64,000 nt of DNA, from positions 51,894,001-51,958,000 of the forward strand of contig CM060731.1 in the NCBI GenBank assembly GCA_030704615.1, written 5' to 3'. Each line of letters begins with the position of its first letter. Position 1 is the first letter of the stretch. The notes under the pieces are model-generated. The model was given only the letters and a program-made list of their open reading frames with translations, did not search any database and had not been told where the DNA came from. Shown piece after piece: positions 61,654 to 64,000 of this stretch. Source of the DNA: Takakia lepidozioides. Lineage: Eukaryota; Plantae; Bryophyta. The translations under genes were made by a program, and so were the position numbers.

Positions 61654-63624
61654 CCCAACATGCTGCAAGGCACTGGAGTTGTTGTTGGTACTCGTCCGGA
61701 CCCGCCATTAACGACATGAGATGTCCACGGAGGATGACATCCAGTCTACCCTCCATAAATGCCCCTTCCAAATATGTTAACCCTTTAAGCGCCGGGCCAA
61801 TTTGCACGACATGCTTGAAAATGAGCCACCAAATTGTTTTTATCTCTCATATTTCTGAGTCCCTCTAGGTAACAGTGACACCGTTGAGTTTACTACCCCC
61901 ACCTACCCCATCTATTACCTCACGAATTTTCAGCCATATCCAACTGCCAGATTATTGTCATTTCTATTAACCCACACAATCATGTAGTCTGCTAAACAAA
62001 ATATGCAGTGTGCCGACCAGTCCCATCCTCATGTACAGTCGGCCATCTTTAAATGTTATGCATGGAGAGTAAGGAAAACATAACATTTACAGATATATAA
62101 CAAGTAACCGTAAAGGAGGGAAAAATATCCTACCCTAACAATTATAAAGGTCACACTTAACGAGGTCCACTAGATGGAAAGTAACATTTACACATTAATT
62201 TAAATTAAAATAAGAAAAAGGCCCCTTTGTCTAAAATTGGATGTCCTAGCAGTGTGCAATTCTTTTTGAATTTATAAACATTTTGAATGCAAAAGAGTAG
62301 TGTCTTGAGGTTGTTGTTCAATGTAAAGTTGAATAGTATGTAGTGTGGAATTAACTCCTGAAAATAATACTGCGGACTCTTGTGGAATTAAAATTTCGTC
62401 TTCGTCGTGCTCCTCGACTTCTTCCAGTGGACCAACCATGTCCCAAATCTCATCATCGTTTGGTTGAAATTTGAAATGGCTCGTTTAAATCAAACTGAGC
62501 CTCAAAATTAAGAAACTCCAAGACATCCATGGTCGGAACCTCAACATCATGAAGGACAGAAAGCTCAGCGAACTGGTGCAAAAGTCCATCAATTTCATCC
62601 AACTCTACATTTGTACTTGATCTACATCACCAATCTCCGTTGCGGATAGCCCATCCAGGTTCGGCATTTGAAACAAGCCACAATGCCTCCAACAATGCCT
62701 AATGGTATCAGAACTTACCCTCAACTTACATAGATGCGCCACCAACCAATCGGAGGTTCTACATCCCACCAACTAATTGGAGGTGTATAAATGACATGTA
62801 ACAAATATAGAGGGTGGTTTTACACCATAGAGAGTATGACTTTCCTAACATTTAACAAATAACACTCTTTGACTCTTTCCTAGTGTAATATTCTACATAG
62901 TATAAAAAACGTAACAATAAAAGAGATATAACATATACGGAGGTAACATTTAAAGAGGGTCGACTGTAGTCTTCTGAACAGACCAGGTAGTCTGCCAACT
63001 ACCGTAGTACCTTGGCAACTTCGACACAAATTTTAATATTTCAAAGATTGTTGAAATTTTTGGAAATTGATTTTGAGAAATCAATGAACTTTGTGAATGA
63101 TAATAAAGCTATTCCATATGTTGAAATGAAATTCTCAAAATAAAATAAATATTCGACATATGATTGTTGAGCTCGCCAAAGCAGCTTAGCTACGGCGTGA
63201 GCCCAGCCCCGTGAGCTTGGGAGCTGAGCTCACGTTGTAGTTGCAAAAAGAGGAATATGAAAATATGGCAGATTTGAGCTCAGAATGATTGACACACTTT
63301 ATTTCAATTCACAGATAGACGCTTACACTGAATGGCATGTGCATTTTGCCCTGGTTCCGCGAACGAAATGTATGTGTTTGTCCTAAATGCAAAGTCTTTA
63401 CACGGTAACCTGGAAACCAGCATGGGAAGTGGGCATGGCTCGTATGTGTTCAAAGAGAATTTGGCGGAGCCCTACGTGAGGTGTCTCGCTGCAGAAGGGT
63501 GATTACTTCTCCGTAGCCTAGTGTGGCTTGGTGAATGAATTGGTCTCTCTTACCGTCGCAACACATAATTACAAGGTATATGTAATATTGATGCTTGCAG
63601 GGGACCCACTTCCCTCTCATGCCG

Positions 63625-64000
63625 TGTCGCGCGCTTTTTACTCACCCATCCCTTCGCTATCCGAGGCGGAAACTCCAAGATAGAAGAGTTGGAAATCTCT
63701 AAGTACTCAGCCCGCTCAGAACAATCAGTCATGACCTACAGCTAGTGTATCATGGGGGTGTTTCCTATTTGTTTTCCTTTCCGCATTCATGTTAGCTAGC
63801 TACCTTACTATTGATAATTGAGTATCAGTTTGCTCATCAACTCATCCATTCATTCCACAGCTTCACTCAGATCTCTCTACACAGTGTGATTGTATCGTAT
63901 AAGTATCAGATTATGATTTATCAGGTATCAGGCCGAAGCCATTGTGTCTCTAATCTCCTCTACAATATCACTACAGCTTTGCATATAACAAGCATTTACT
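63625..64000 (-). mobile_element. LTR (3' or solo) of the same family as 10167-10514, running off the window
   Basis: Reverse-complement match to 10170-10505 (shadow ORFs MTDCSEQTE.../MTDCSERAE... nearly identical). Ends ...GCGACA with no PBS after it. Confidence 0.7.

Overview
Eukaryotic nuclear DNA from a non-seed land plant, most likely a bryophyte. This is inferred from short GT-AG introns, an SFI1-like centriole gene and an intronless microbial-type terpene synthase (MTPSL). Host genes are an MTPSL (4091-5185, with an in-frame TAA near its N-terminus), an SFI1-like gene, Dr1-associated corepressor/NC2-alpha and a UPF0052/CofD-like gene. The rest is mostly transposons: a Harbinger MITE, a related Pack-type element carrying POLQ and receptor-kinase fragments, nested Gypsy/Copia remnants, a SINE, palindromic satellite arrays and a rearranged hAT. 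The main object is a 16.1-kb Mutator/foldback-type element (28349-44460) with a perfect 9-bp target-site duplication (TSD, AATTTCTTG). Its 2.4-2.8-kb terminal inverted arms are built from a telomere-like GGGTTAC motif. It encodes a MULE-SWIM transposase and a convergent C2H2-zinc-finger/acidic/Ulp1 SUMO-protease gene. The same 7-mer is seeded through its introns, spacers and even a coding repeat. This layout resembles the VANDAL/VANC sequence-specific anti-silencing systems (inference). All family assignments come from motif recognition by eye; no database searches were run.
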